Positions 22,871-33,984 of a stretch of 44,082 nt of DNA are shown here, one piece after another. A program made the position numbers and the translations under genes. The DNA comes from Emiliania huxleyi CCMP1516 (Eukaryota), in assembly GCF_000372725.1 (NCBI RefSeq), contig NW_005201286.1:350953-395034 (forward strand), given 5' to 3'. The notes under the pieces are model-generated. The model saw nothing but the letters and a program-made list of their open reading frames with translations, was not told where the DNA came from and did not search any database. Numbering within the stretch: the stretch's first letter is position 1; every line of letters begins with the position of its first letter.

Positions 22871-23145
22871 GTCGCCTCGGCACGAGAGGACCTGCGTGGG
22901 TCTCCTCCTTTTGTTCTTCGCGGGCGCAGGCGAGACGACCTGCGTGGGGCTTGGACGCGGTTCGTCCTGCGCTCTCTCTGGGCCCTTCCCAAAGCACACC
23001 CGCACAGCCTCCGCCATCCGAGGCGGAGGCCGGTGGGCTGAAAAGAAAACACGTCCCCGAGTGGCAGCCAGCTGGCTGTGTGTCTTGTGAGCTTGTTTGT
23101 GTCTGTGTGTTGCTCGTGCGTGTCGTCATCATCTGTCCCTAACCC

Positions 23146-23270
23146 AGGGCGGTTTAGCGCCGTTTAGCCTAGACGGTCACTAGGATTCCTAAACACGACT
23201 AAACGATCCTAAACCGCCTCGACAAATGGTCTGCCTGGCCGGGGAGCTCCGTTTAGCACTAAACCGCCCT
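23146..23270. mobile_element. MITE-like element, 125 bp
   Basis: TIR AGGGCGGTTTAG (23146-23157) / CTAAACCGCCCT (23259-23270); flanking AACCC on both sides; internal GTTTAG/CTAAAC repeats. Confidence 0.6.
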
Positions 23271-23338
23271 AACCCCTCAGGGCCTGCAAACTGCGCAACG
23301 ACTTCTGGCAAGGGACCTCGCAACTTAGTCGTTTGTAG

Positions 23339-24931
23339 TCAAGCGGATGCGGGCGTTCTGGGCGGCCACGCCTCGACCTTCTTGGGCAGCAGCTGGTTCG
23401 ACAGGTCCTCTCCGTGGCCTAGGCAGCCGCTTTCACCCTGTCCCCAGGCGAAGACAGCGCCGTCAGCGGTGATGGCGAGGCTGTGGGCTGCTCCAGCCGA
23501 CACAGCGACGACGCGCTGGCCAGCAAAGGCCTCGACCTTCTTGGGCAGCAGCTGGTTCTGCTCGTCGCCGTGGCCCAAGATGCCATCCTCTCCACCGCCC
23601 CAGCTACAGACGGCGCCGTCGGCGGTGATTGCGAAACTGTGGCTCCACCCGGACGACACGGCGACGACGCGCTGGCCAGCAAAGGCCTCGACCTTCTTGG
23701 GCAGCAGCTGGCTCTGCTCGTCGCCGTGGCCCGAGCAGCCAGAGGCTCCATAGCCCCAGCTCCAGAGGGCGCCGTCGGCGGTGAGGGCGAGGCTGTGGCC
23801 ACCTCCAGCCGACACAGCGATGACGCGCTGGCCAGCAAAGGCCTCGATCTTCTTGGGCAGCAGCTGGTCCTGCCCGTCGCCGTGGCCCAGCCGGCCTTCG
23901 CCTCCACGGCCCCAGCTCCAGACGCTGCCGCCGGCGGTGAGGGCGAGGCTGTGGTGGCCTCCACCTGACACAGCGACGACGCACTGGCCAGCCAACGCCT
24001 CGACCTTCTTCGGCAGCAGCTGGCGCTGCTGGTCGTCGCCGTGGCCCAACCGGCCAAAGGCTCCCCAACCCCAGCTCCAGACAGCCCCGTCGGCGGTGAT
24101 GGCGAGGCTGTGGCTGCGTCCAGCCGACACAGCGACGACGCGCTGGCCAGCAAAGGCCTCGACCTTCTTTGGTTGCCACTGATGCTGCCCGTCGCCGTGG
24201 CCCAGCTTGCCAAAGCTTCCACCGCCCCAGCTCCAGAGGGCACCGTCGGCGGTGAGGGCAACGCTGTGGCTGCGTCCAGCCGACACAGCGACGACGCGCT
24301 GGCCAGCAAAAGCCTCGACTTTCTTCGGCAGCAGCTGGCTCTGCTGGACGCCGTGGCCCAGCTTGCCAAAGTTTCCACCGCCCCAGCTCCAGACGGCACC
24401 GTCGGCAGCGAGGGCGAGGCTGTGACAAAAGCCAGCTGACACAGTCACGGCGCGCTCGCCGCCCAGAGAGGGGGGGCGGGTCGGCGTGTTGAGCTGCGTC
24501 ACGCCCTCACCGTGGCCGAGGAGGCATGGCTCGCCATACGCTGAGCCGCACGACGAGAGCCGCCCCTCGCCGTCGATGAAGAGGCTGTGAGACAGGCCTG
24601 CCGACGCCTTCACCGGCGGGTTGGCCTCGCGCAGCAGCGCAGCGAAGCACAGCCACCGCACGGTGCAGCCCTCGCCCTCTGGCTGCACCGGCAGCTCGAA
24701 GCCGCGCTCTTGCGCCCACAAGCGGATGGCCTCCTCTGCGAGCGAGGCGTGGAAGAGCAGCGAGACGGCCGCGACGCGAGCGATGTCGGCGGGGTCGCAG
24801 CGAGAGAGGGCGCGCTCGAGGAGCTCCCTGGGGAGGTCGAGGATGCGGGCGGGCGGCGGCGTGCTCGGCGAGAGAGCGGCGGTGGCGTTGGAGGCGAGGC
24901 GGCGCGAGCGGCGGCGCGACGGGGTGGACAT
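23339..24931 (-). CDS. F-box-like + RCC1-repeat beta-propeller protein, intronless
   Basis: ILDLPRELLERALSRC..IARVAAVS followed by about 7 repeats VSAGxxHSLALTADGAVWSWGxGxxGxLGHGD..QLLPKKVEAFAGQRV. Confidence 0.9.
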   Translation of the reverse strand: MSTPSRRRSRRLASNATAALSPSTPPPARILDLPRELLERALSRCDPADIARVAAVSLLFHASLAEEAIRLWAQERGFELPVQPEGEGCTVRWLCFAALLREANPPVKASAGLSHSLFIDGEGRLSSCGSAYGEPCLLGHGEGVTQLNTPTRPPSLGGERAVTVSAGFCHSLALAADGAVWSWGGGNFGKLGHGVQQSQLLPKKVEAFAGQRVVAVSAGRSHSVALTADGALWSWGGGSFGKLGHGDGQHQWQPKKVEAFAGQRVVAVSAGRSHSLAITADGAVWSWGWGAFGRLGHGDDQQRQLLPKKVEALAGQCVVAVSGGGHHSLALTAGGSVWSWGRGGEGRLGHGDGQDQLLPKKIEAFAGQRVIAVSAGGGHSLALTADGALWSWGYGASGCSGHGDEQSQLLPKKVEAFAGQRVVAVSSGWSHSFAITADGAVCSWGGGEDGILGHGDEQNQLLPKKVEAFAGQRVVAVSAGAAHSLAITADGAVFAWGQGESGCLGHGEDLSNQLLPKKVEAWPPRTPASA

Positions 24932-25125
24932 CGGAGAAAAGAATTTGCAGAGGGCGGCGATGCTTTCGGGCAGCCTCAGCTGGTTCATTAATTGAGCCTC
25001 TCCCCTTCCTTTTAACCCTGTCAAACGACGGGAGAGACACAAACGTGAATCTCGGAGCGTTTCAAAACGGACCAGAAACGGATTCGTCGGCCGAAAACGT
25101 TACACCAGCGTTCCCCAACTCAGCC

Positions 25126-26596
25126 ATGCGTGAGATCGTCTCCATCCAGGGTGGCCAGTGCGGCAACCAGATCGGTGCGACGCTGCTCACCCTCGCCGCC
25201 GCGCCCCACTCACCGCCTCTATCCCCCCTCCCCCCTCTCTTCCCTCCCTTCTTGCGCCGCGCAGCTCGGGCGCTCGTCCCTCACCACCGCCCGTCCCTCT
25301 CCACTGCCAGGCGCCAAGTTCTGGGAGGTTGTCTCGGACGAGCACGGCATCGATCCCACCGGCACCTACCACGGCGACTCCGACCTCCAGCTCGAGCGCA
25401 TCAACGTCTACTACAACGAGGCGACGGGCGGCCGGTACGTCCCGCGCGCCGTGCTCATGGACCTCGAGCCGGGCACCATGGACTCGGTGCGGTCGGGCCC
25501 CTTTGGCCAGATCTTCCGCCCGGACAACTTCGTCTTTGGCCAGTCGGGCGCCGGCAACAATTGGGCGAAGGGCCACTACACCGAGGGCGCCGAGCTGATT
25601 GACGCCGTGCTCGACGTCGTCCGCAAGGAGGCCGAGGGCTGTGACTGCCTGCAGGGCTTCACGCTGTCGCACTCGCTGGGCGGTGGCACCGGCTCGGGCA
25701 TGGGCACCCTCCTCATCTCCAAGATCCGCGAGGAGTACCCCGACCGCGTCATGTGCTCCTACTCGGTCTTCCCCTCGCCCAAGGTGTCCGACACGGTCGT
25801 CGAGCCGTACAACTGCGTCCTCTCCATCCACCAGCTGGTCGAGAACTCGGACGAGTCGCTGCTGATCGACAACGAGGCGCTGTACGACATCTGTTTCCGC
25901 ACGCTGAAGCTCACCACCCCCACCTTTGGCGACCTCAACCACCTCGTCGCCGCCGTCATGTCGGCGTCGACCTGCTGCCTCCGCTTCCCCGGCCAGCTCA
26001 ACTGCGACCTGCGCAAGCTCGCCGTCAACATGATCCCCTTCCCGCGTCTGCACTTCTTCATGGTCGGCTTCGCGCCGCTCACCTCGCGCGGCTCGCAGCA
26101 GTACCGCTCGCTCACCGTCCCGGAGCTGACGCAGCAGATGTTTGACGCCAAGAACATGATGGCGGCCGCCGACCCGCGCCACGGCCGCTACCTCACGTGC
26201 ACCGCGCTCTTCCGCGGCCGCATGTCGACCAAGGAGGTGGACGAGCAGATGCTCAACGTGCAGAACAAGAACTCGTCCTACTTTGTCGAGTGGATCCCCA
26301 ACAACATGAAGTGCGCCATCTGCGACATCCCGCCCAAGGGCCTCAAGATGTCGGTCGGCTTCATGGGCAACTCGACCTGCATGCAGGAGGTGATGAAGCG
26401 CGTCGCCGAGCAGTTCACCGCCATGTTCCGCCGCAAGGCCTTCCTCCACTGGTACACCGGCGAGGGCATGGACGAGATGGAGTTCACCGAGGCCGAGTCC
26501 AACATGAACGACCTCGTCTCCGAGTACCAGCAGTACCAGGACGCCTCGGCGGAGGAGGAGGGAGAGTACGACGAGGAGGGCGGCGAGGAGTACTAG
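25126..26596 (+). CDS. TUBB: Beta-tubulin; single intron 25175-25310
   Basis: [38 protein letters not shown]..acidic tail. Confidence 0.99.
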
Positions 26597-27623
26597 AGTG
26601 GCGGAGAGGAGGGGGACGGTGTGCACGCGGACGCGGGCCAGTCGGCACGGGCTCAAGGGCCCTCGCGCCATCGCTCGAGCGCCCCCTCTGGTGTCAAGTG
26701 GAATGGGACAAGGGCAGGGTGAAGTTGTGTGCGCTCCTGCGCGGCAATGGGGGGGGGGGGTCTTGTGATGAGTGGGTGGGTTGACATGCTTGGCAGGGCT
26801 GTGCACTCCAATGGGCATACGCGAGCGTGGGCGCGTTCAGTGGGCATGGAGGAAGGGGACGGGGAAGCAGCGGGGAAGGGTATGGTGATGGAAAATGCGT
26901 GAGGGGACGGGGGGAGTGAGATGGAGTGGGGCTGCGTGGTGGGCTAAGGACTGGGAGAAATTTGATGACTGTAGCATATGCACGTGAATAAAGGGTGCCG
27001 AGACACCCCGCGAGTTCAGCCAGCGTATACACATCGCTGCATTCGCGCTCTCTTGCATGCTTGGTGGTTTCAGAGGTCGGTGGGGGGCGCGGCCCGCGCG
27101 CGCGGCGACGCATGATCAGCCCGGCGGCGGCGGCTCGCGGACGGGCACGTTGCACACACGCGCCAGCACCCCCGCCGCTTGGGGCTGGACGGATCGGCAA
27201 GCAGCTTCGCCACACCACCGCATCCCTCGACGTCCTCGACGGCGACGCCTCCTCTCGAGGGCAAGTCGGAGAGAGCGGCGGCGGCTCAGCGCCGAGCCCC
27301 GCTAGCCCGAAGCCTCGTTCGCGCGAGCCGCCTGCGACCCCCCCGGCCCCCTCGCGCCAATCCTCCTGCGACTACGGGAGGAGGAGGCGGGGCCGGCGCG
27401 GTGCTGGACCCCTACCCCGATCCCGACATGCCGGACGACTTGTCCGTCGAGTCTCTGCGTTTCGTGCCCTCGGAGTCGGCACTTTGAGCAACTTTCATGG
27501 CATGCTCCGCTAAGGCGTGGCACGTTCGCTTCCTCGCCCGCCTAACCTCCGCCGCCCCCTTCCGCCCGGGTTGCGCCCCTGCGGCGCCCGCATCCACATG
27601 GACCATGTTCCAAGATCCCCTGG

Positions 27624-27745
27624 AGTTGTCCCCACTCAAGGTTATGGGCCCGGGCCCATAACAGCCATAACACCCATAACATGTTATGGGCTGCTATGCC
27701 CAGAGAGCCATAACACCATAACAATAACTGTGAGTGGGGACAACT
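27624..27745. mobile_element. MITE-like/hairpin element, ~120 bp
   Basis: Perfect 15 bp inverted repeat AGTTGTCCCCACTCA (27624-27638) / TGAGTGGGGACAACT (27731-27745); internal CCATAAC/GTTATGG repeats; CTGGAG at both junctions. Confidence 0.6.
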
Positions 27746-28738
27746 GGAGCCCTGAGGCCCATGGCCAGTATAGTAGTCGCCGCCGCTCCATGCTCTATCC
27801 CGCGCGGACCTGTAGCATGCTGATCTCTCCGCATCTTCCCCGGATGCGGGATGGTCTCTCGCGGCCTCGTGTACTGCCGCGAGAGCCCCACGAGCGAGGC
27901 CAGCACTGCCATTGTCACGGATCCGTTTCTCGAGGTTCTCGAGGTGGATATCCTTTGGCCGCGTTGGGTAGCGAGGATTGGTGTAACCCGAGCCACGGAG
28001 GCGTGTTTTCTGACGGCCGACCGTCAGTGCACGGAGTTGCCCCTTCTCCGACTGCCCCGGCTAGTTCCCGAGGCTCGCCGGGTTTCCCCTACGTCACCCA
28101 GGACCTAGGTCCTAGCGCGGGTGGGTTGGAGGGGGATCCGTTTTCTTTTGACCGTTTTCCATATGCTCCTACCTTGTGCCCCGGTGTGAAAGCGTGCAGT
28201 GCCGCTGTCTTGACCGCTCTCAGAGATATGTGTGTGTGGGTGCACTCTGTCTCCCCGGACTCGGTGGACTCCCCCCCCCCGCCCCCCCAGCACGCGCTCG
28301 AGTGACTGTGTGTCTCTGAGACTCTGACGTCTGAGTCTGTGTACGCGCGTGCACGCCGCGGCGCGCGGGCCGCCGCCAGTGTTATCTGCACGAGCCTCGT
28401 TGCGCCAGTGTGGCGCCTATTATCCCGTGCTGTTTGTTCCTAATCAATTCCCCCACGCCCACCCCCTGCGCCCGCTGCAGCTCCAGCCGGCAGCCGCACG
28501 CCCCCCCCCCAGCCTCCACTTGACGGATGCCGCCGCCGCCGCCGCGCACACACACATACATTCATACAGTACTGGTGTCTCAGCAGCAGGAGAAGAGAGC
28601 GCCTTGCGCCGGCATCCGCCCCTGAACCGTGCGGAGGGGTGCGGGGAGGTGATGTCGCGCCTCTTTTCTCGTGGCAGCAAACCTGCGAGCGATCGCGGCG
28701 TGGAGCGATCGCCGGCTCCCCCCTTGTCATGTGTCCGG

Positions 28739-31700
28739 TCAGATGCTGCGGCCGACCACGCGCAGATGCTCGCGCGAGTGCCCCTCGTAGAAGCGGTTCG
28801 TCAGCTGCGAGCACCCCCACACGGTGAGGCGCTGCAAGCGCGGCGCCGCGTCGACGAGCGCGCCGACGCCGTTGTCCGAGACGGCGCGGCACCAGCTGAG
28901 GTCGAGCGACTCGAGGCTGTCGGCGCAGTGCTCCTTGAGCGCGACGAGGCACGCGTCGCCGAGGGCGGGCACGTTGTTGAGCGACAAGTGCGCGAGCACG
29001 CCTGACGCGTCGCAACCTCGCGTGAGATCGGCCGACCCTCGCTCGGTGGCGAACGGCGGTGCGCGCGCGCGAGCACGCGCCGCCGCATGCCGCGGCGAGC
29101 CCCTCGATGGCGCCGTCCGAGAGCTGGACGCACTTGCGCAGCGAGAGGCTCGAGAGGGCGCCGCGCCGCGCCGCGGCGATGCGGCCGAGCGCGTCGTCGG
29201 TGAGGTTCTCGACGCCGTCGAGGGAAAGCTCTCGCAGCCGTGGGCACGCCTGCGTGACGGTCACCACAGGAAGTTCAGAAAGGGCTCAGAAAATGCTCCG
29301 GGCAGACCTCGCGCCGCCGGACGCGCGCCTCGGCGGCGGTGGCGACGGCGTCGGCCGAGAGGACGGTGCAGCCGCCCAAGTCGAGCGCCTCGAGGCAGTG
29401 CGCCGACCCGCCGACGGCCGCAAGCATCGAGGAGGAGACGAGCAGACGCGTGCCTGCAGGAAGGTTCCTGGAAAGGTCTAGGAGGTGTCCCGGAAGAGCA
29501 GCGAGGAGGAGTCAGAGCAGCCGCGTGCCGCGGAAGGAGAGGGACTGCAGCTGCGTGAGCCGGCCGATCGGCGCCGCCGCCTCGCCGGGCAAGTAGATGA
29601 GGTCCTGTACGCACAAGCGAGAGGGGGGGGGGGGTGAGGACCGCAAGGCCGCGGCCCTCGCCCGGCCGGCAGCGGGCGCGGGTCCGCTCCTCCAGCGCGA
29701 GCCTCTCGAGCGAATCGCACTCGCTGGCGATGGAGGCCACAAAGGCGGCGGTGAGCTGCTGGTTTCCCGAGATCTTGAGCGAGCGCAGCGCCGCGCCGCG
29801 CGCGCCGCAGATGGCGGCGACGCAGCCGTCGGTGAGGCGGTACGCGCCCGTGAGAGTGAGCGACTCGAGGGCGCCCATGCGCGCGATCAGCTGCGAGGTG
29901 GCCGTGGTGACGCACTTTCCGCAAAAGCCGAGCGAGAGCAGCGCGAGGCGCGAGTCTGGCGCCGGGAAGACACACCCGAGGTGAGCGCAGCGTGGACCTT
30001 GGCGTGGGTGCGAGGGCCCCCCAAAGCGTCGATGCGAGGGTGCATCCGAAGCCGCGTCTCCTCGAGTGCCAGTTGGGAGAGGCTCTGGATGTGCAGTCCG
30101 CATCTAGGCGCGGGGCGAGCCTGGGCAGGCGAGCGGCTCGAGCGTCTCGTGCAGCGCCTGCTCGTCGATCTGGTGGCAGTCGGGCGCAACGAGCTCCGAG
30201 AGAGGAAGCCTGCGACAGCATGCCGCGGGCGCGTCAGCGACGCACCCGCGTGCGCGATTGGCTCAGAGGGCCAAGGTACCCGGGCGGCGCGAGGAGCCGC
30301 AGCTGCGGCTGCCTGCGGCGGGGGGGCAAAGTGCGGTGGGCGTGACAGGATGGCTGGCCCGGGCCAGAGGGCGGGATGAGGTGCTGCCGGAAGAGGCGGC
30401 GGCGGCAGAGCTCCGTCGCGAGCGCGTGCTGCACTGCGGGCGTCAGCGCGCCTAAAGAGGGAGGGTGCGAGCCATCGGAGGTCCGGGAGAAAGCCCTCGA
30501 CGAAGACGATGCTCGAGTCTCGGGTGGTCTCGGGCTGATCTCGGCTGATCTCGGCTGATCTCGGCTGATCTCGGCTGATCTCGGGTCATTCCGCGCGCCA
30601 AAGTCCTCGACGCAATCGATGTTGGCGCACACGAACTCCGTGGCGAGCGCCTGCAGCGTCGGCACCGGCTCCGGCGCGCTGCGGCGGCGGCGCGCGGCGG
30701 CCGCCTCGTACTCGCGCTTGGGGGACCACTCGACGAGGGGGGGCGGCGCCTGGCAGCGAGGGGCGGGGCGGTGCAGAGGGCGGCGGCGCGGCGCTGGTCC
30801 TCCTCACAGCAGGCGCACGCGGCGGGCGAGAGAGAGGGGGAGAGAGGGAGAGAGAGGGAGAGGGAGAGAGGGAGAGAGAGGGAGGCAGGACTGGGAGAGT
30901 TCTCGGACGTGTCTCGGAAGTGCCTCGGAGGTGCCTCGGAGGTGCCGCAGACGTGCCTCGGAAGTGTCTCGGAAGTGTCCCGCGCCTCGCCGCCGAGCTC
31001 CTCCTGCCGCTCGGCGAGTGCGGCCGCTCGCTTGTCAAGCAGTGCGCGCGCCGTCGCCCACGGCCCGCACCAGCCCTCGCCCTTCTCCTCGGCCGTCTCC
31101 GCCTGCCCGCCGATCCGGAAGCCCTGCAGCCGCGGGTCGCGCGCCTATGCTTCTCGCGACTCGCTCCTCCTTTGGGGGGCTGCACGACCCACGGGCAAGG
31201 TCCGGCTGGCCGCGCGCCTATTGCCAAGTCCCCGAGGCCGGCTCCGAGACCGGCTTCGAGAGGCGCCTCGAGGCGGCGACGTCTCCCGCACCCCGCCCGC
31301 CGCCGGCTCAGAAGACGAAGCAGAGGCCGCCGCGGCCGCCGCCGGCTTTGGCGCCGCCTCCGCCCCCTCCTCGGCGTCCGAGTCGGGCTGGAGCGCGTTG
31401 AGCGCCTGACGCACACGAGGACATGTCGTGGACGTGTCGTGGGCGTGTCGTGGGCGTGTCGTGGGCGTGTCGTGGACGTGTCGTGGGCGTGTCGTGGACG
31501 TGTCGTGGGCGTGTCGTGGACGTGTCGCCGGGCGTCTCCTCCCACCCTCCCCTCTCCTCTCCTCTCCCCTCCCCTCGACTGCCGAGGCGCCTCCTCCTCC
31601 TCCTCTACCCTCTCCGCTCCGCTCATTTCTTCTCCCCCCCTCTCTCCCACTGCGCCGGGCGCCTCCTCCCACGCGTCCTGCGCGTGCGCGTTCTCCTTGC

Positions 31701-33097
31701 GCCACTTTTTGCTCACGCGACCCTGCTCGTCGTCGCCTTCGCCACCGCCCTCTCCGCCGCCCCCGGCCGCCGCCTTGCGCTTCGCCTTGCCTCGGCTCTT
31801 CGACGCGCCAGCGCCGCCCCCCTCCCCCTCCCGCCCCTCGCCCTCGCCCTCCTCGTCGGCGCAACCGTCGTCGGGCGCCCGCACCTTCCGCCGCGCCTTG
31901 GCCTGCGAGGCGGCCGCCCCGCCGCCGTCGCCCTCCCGCTCCGCCCGCTTGCGGAGCCGCTTGATCATCGTCTCCTTGTTGCCCGACGTGCCGACGCCGG
32001 CAGCCTCGCACCTGTCAAAGAAAAGGTGCCAGCCAGTCAGGAGAGAGGCGAGACGCGTGCCGACGCCGACAGCACCCGCACCGGCGGCGAAGCTCTGCGC
32101 AGGAGAGATTGGTCGAGAGGGGGGGCTCCTCCTCGCCAGCCTCACCACCTCCCGCCTCGCCCTCCTCCTCCTCCTTGACCGCCCCCTCCGCCCCCGCCCC
32201 CGCCTCCGCCTCCGCCTCCGCCTCCCCACCGCTGCGCCGGCCCTTGCCCTTGCCGCGGCGGGACGAGTCTGTGAAGTCGCTGCTCGGAGGAGAGCAGGGC
32301 CCGAGGTGAAAGTCGGGCTGGCTGCAGCCCGGCGTGCCGCACTCCTTCTTCGCCTTGCCCGCCTTGCTCTTGCCCTTCTGCCCCTTCCCCGCCTGGCCGC
32401 TGCCCGGACTGGCGGCGGCGGCGGCGGAGGCGGAGGAGGAGATGTCCTTGCCAAGCGGCTCAGCGGGCTTGAGGTCGGTCTGGAGCAGCCAGCCGTGGCT
32501 GCCGTCCGGGTAGAGGACCTGGAAGCGGAGCCTGCCGGCGGGATCGATGCGGACAGCGACCACATCGGCGGGGCCAAAGGGGCGCGGCTGCTTGCCGCCC
32601 GACGAGCAGCCGCCCGCCGCCGCCGAGCGCGCCTCGACGCGGCAGTGCAGGAACTCGGTCGGCACCGTCTCGTCGGGCGCCGCGGCTAGCGGCGTCGCTT
32701 TGGAGGCGTCGATCCAGACCGGGCCGGATCCGCCCTCGGCGCGCACAAGCAGGCGGGTGCCGCACGTGGACGCCTCGATCACGAGCTTGACCGTCGAGCG
32801 CCCGCCCTTGACGGTGACCAGGCTGCCGATCATCTCCTCGGCGGCGGGAGCCGCGGTGGGCGCCGGTGGAGCCAGCGCGGGCGCCGAAGCTGCCGGCGAC
32901 TCAAAGTCGCTGTCGGAGGAGATGGGCTCGAGGTTCAGGCGCTTAAGCGCGAGGCACTTGCCGTCGGGCGTCCGCACTCGCCAACGCTCGAGTCCTCCGT
33001 CCCAGCGCACAACCGTGGCGGTGCTGCCGTTGAGGTCGTCACGAGAGGTGAGGTCCTTGATGCGTACCTTCTGCGAGCGAGCGAGAGGAGATGCCAT
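28739..33097 (-). CDS. Rad7/Rhp7-like LRR protein with N-terminal SH3-like segment, Cys/His knuckle and SAP domain; many introns
   Basis: VPTLQALATEFVCANIDCVEDFGALTPAVQHALATELCRRR (BC-box-like), cysteine-containing LRRs, C-term LTVWGCSQLTNRFYEGHSREHLRVVG; SAP-like LSCAELRRRCEAAGVGTSGNKETMIKRL. Joining all parts into one gene is inferred. Confidence 0.65.
30520..30586. repeat. Intronic 10-bp tandem repeat (TCGGCTGATC)n
   Basis: Directly visible. Confidence 0.9.
30905..30980. repeat. Intronic 11-bp tandem repeat (GGAAGTGTCTC-like)
   Basis: Directly visible; similar unit at 10670-10710. Confidence 0.85.
31423..31527. repeat. Intronic 11-bp tandem repeat (GTGTCGTGGRC)n
   Basis: Directly visible. 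Confidence 0.9.
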
Positions 33098-33105
33098 GGC
33101 CTCCA

Positions 33106-33148
33106 GGCCCTGGATGTGAGGCTGCTAACTGCACTCCAAGTGCTCCAA
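33106..33148 (-). repeat. Dispersed motif copy C, 8 nt upstream of the Rad7-like ATG
   Basis: rc TTGGAGCACTTGGAGTGCAGTTAGCAGCCTCACATCCAGGGCC. Confidence 0.75.
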
Positions 33149-33984
33149 AGGCTCTCCCGCGCCTGTGTGATCGCCGTATTGAAAAAAGAATTCTTCGTGG
33201 CTGTTGTCTGTTTTCTTTCTTTCTTTTTAGCGAGGATCGGCGAGAGACTGCGAAAAGAGATAGGAAGAGGCAGACTCCCTAGGGTGGGCGACGGCTAGCG
33301 CACCACACTCCTCTCCTTAAAATCCCTGTGTGGTGGCGGCGTGCCGTCCTCCCATCCCTCCCTTGGGTTGTCTGTTTTCTTTCTTTCTTTTTTCTTTCTT
33401 TTTGAGCCCGGCACAAGTAGAGAGAGATACAAAACTCAAGGCGGCGCGGCGTGTGTATACACACATCGCTTTTCATCATCTCGAAATCTCGATCATGATA
33501 GCAGCTGCTTGCCGCGCCGGGGCCTCCCTCTGAGCGACCGCGGCGCGGAGGCCGGTGAGACGGCGGGCGAGAAGCACCCGTGCCCCAGCGGCCAGGATCT
33601 ACCCGCTCCCTGGCCCCTCGCCGCGAACCACATACGTCACACGTGTGCAGCGTCCCGCTGCCGTAGTCTCGATGCCCTCACAGCCTCCACAGGGAGGGCG
33701 CCCCGGTCTCCACAGACCCCACCCATGCCACTCCTCCCCGCCCGCGCCCGCCGCGGCCCTCNNNNNNNNNNNNNNNNNNNNNNNNNNNNNNNNNNNNNNN
33801 NNNNNNNNNNNNNNNNNNNNNNNNNNNNNNNNNNNNNNNNNNNNNNNNNNNNNNNNNNNNNCGCGCGGGCGCAGCGAGCCGCGGCCCCGCAGAGGCAGGA
33901 GAGGGGGGGCGGAGGGGAGAGGGGCGGGGTGGGAGGAGGAGCGCTCGGGGAGGGGGGAGGGGCCGCCCGCCCGCCCGCCCGCCT

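Noticed and set aside
23339..24931. UVR8 photoreceptor
   Set aside because: Lacks the repeated GWRHT motifs (only one GWSHS) and has an F-box-like N-terminus
25187..26818. 543 aa antisense ORF over tubulin, and similar long shadow ORFs (2654-3879, 30586-32689, 35562-37664 frame)
   Set aside because: Expected from high GC3 and stop-codon scarcity; Arg/Ala/Pro-rich with no motifs
26995..28305. Protein-coding gene or transposase
   Set aside because: No recognisable motifs; ORFs are low-complexity and cross the hairpin element. A degenerate TE cannot be excluded.
218..32081. Single Introner transposon family explaining the introns
   Set aside because: Intron bodies are not homologous to one another and show no TIRs; only the architecture is shared
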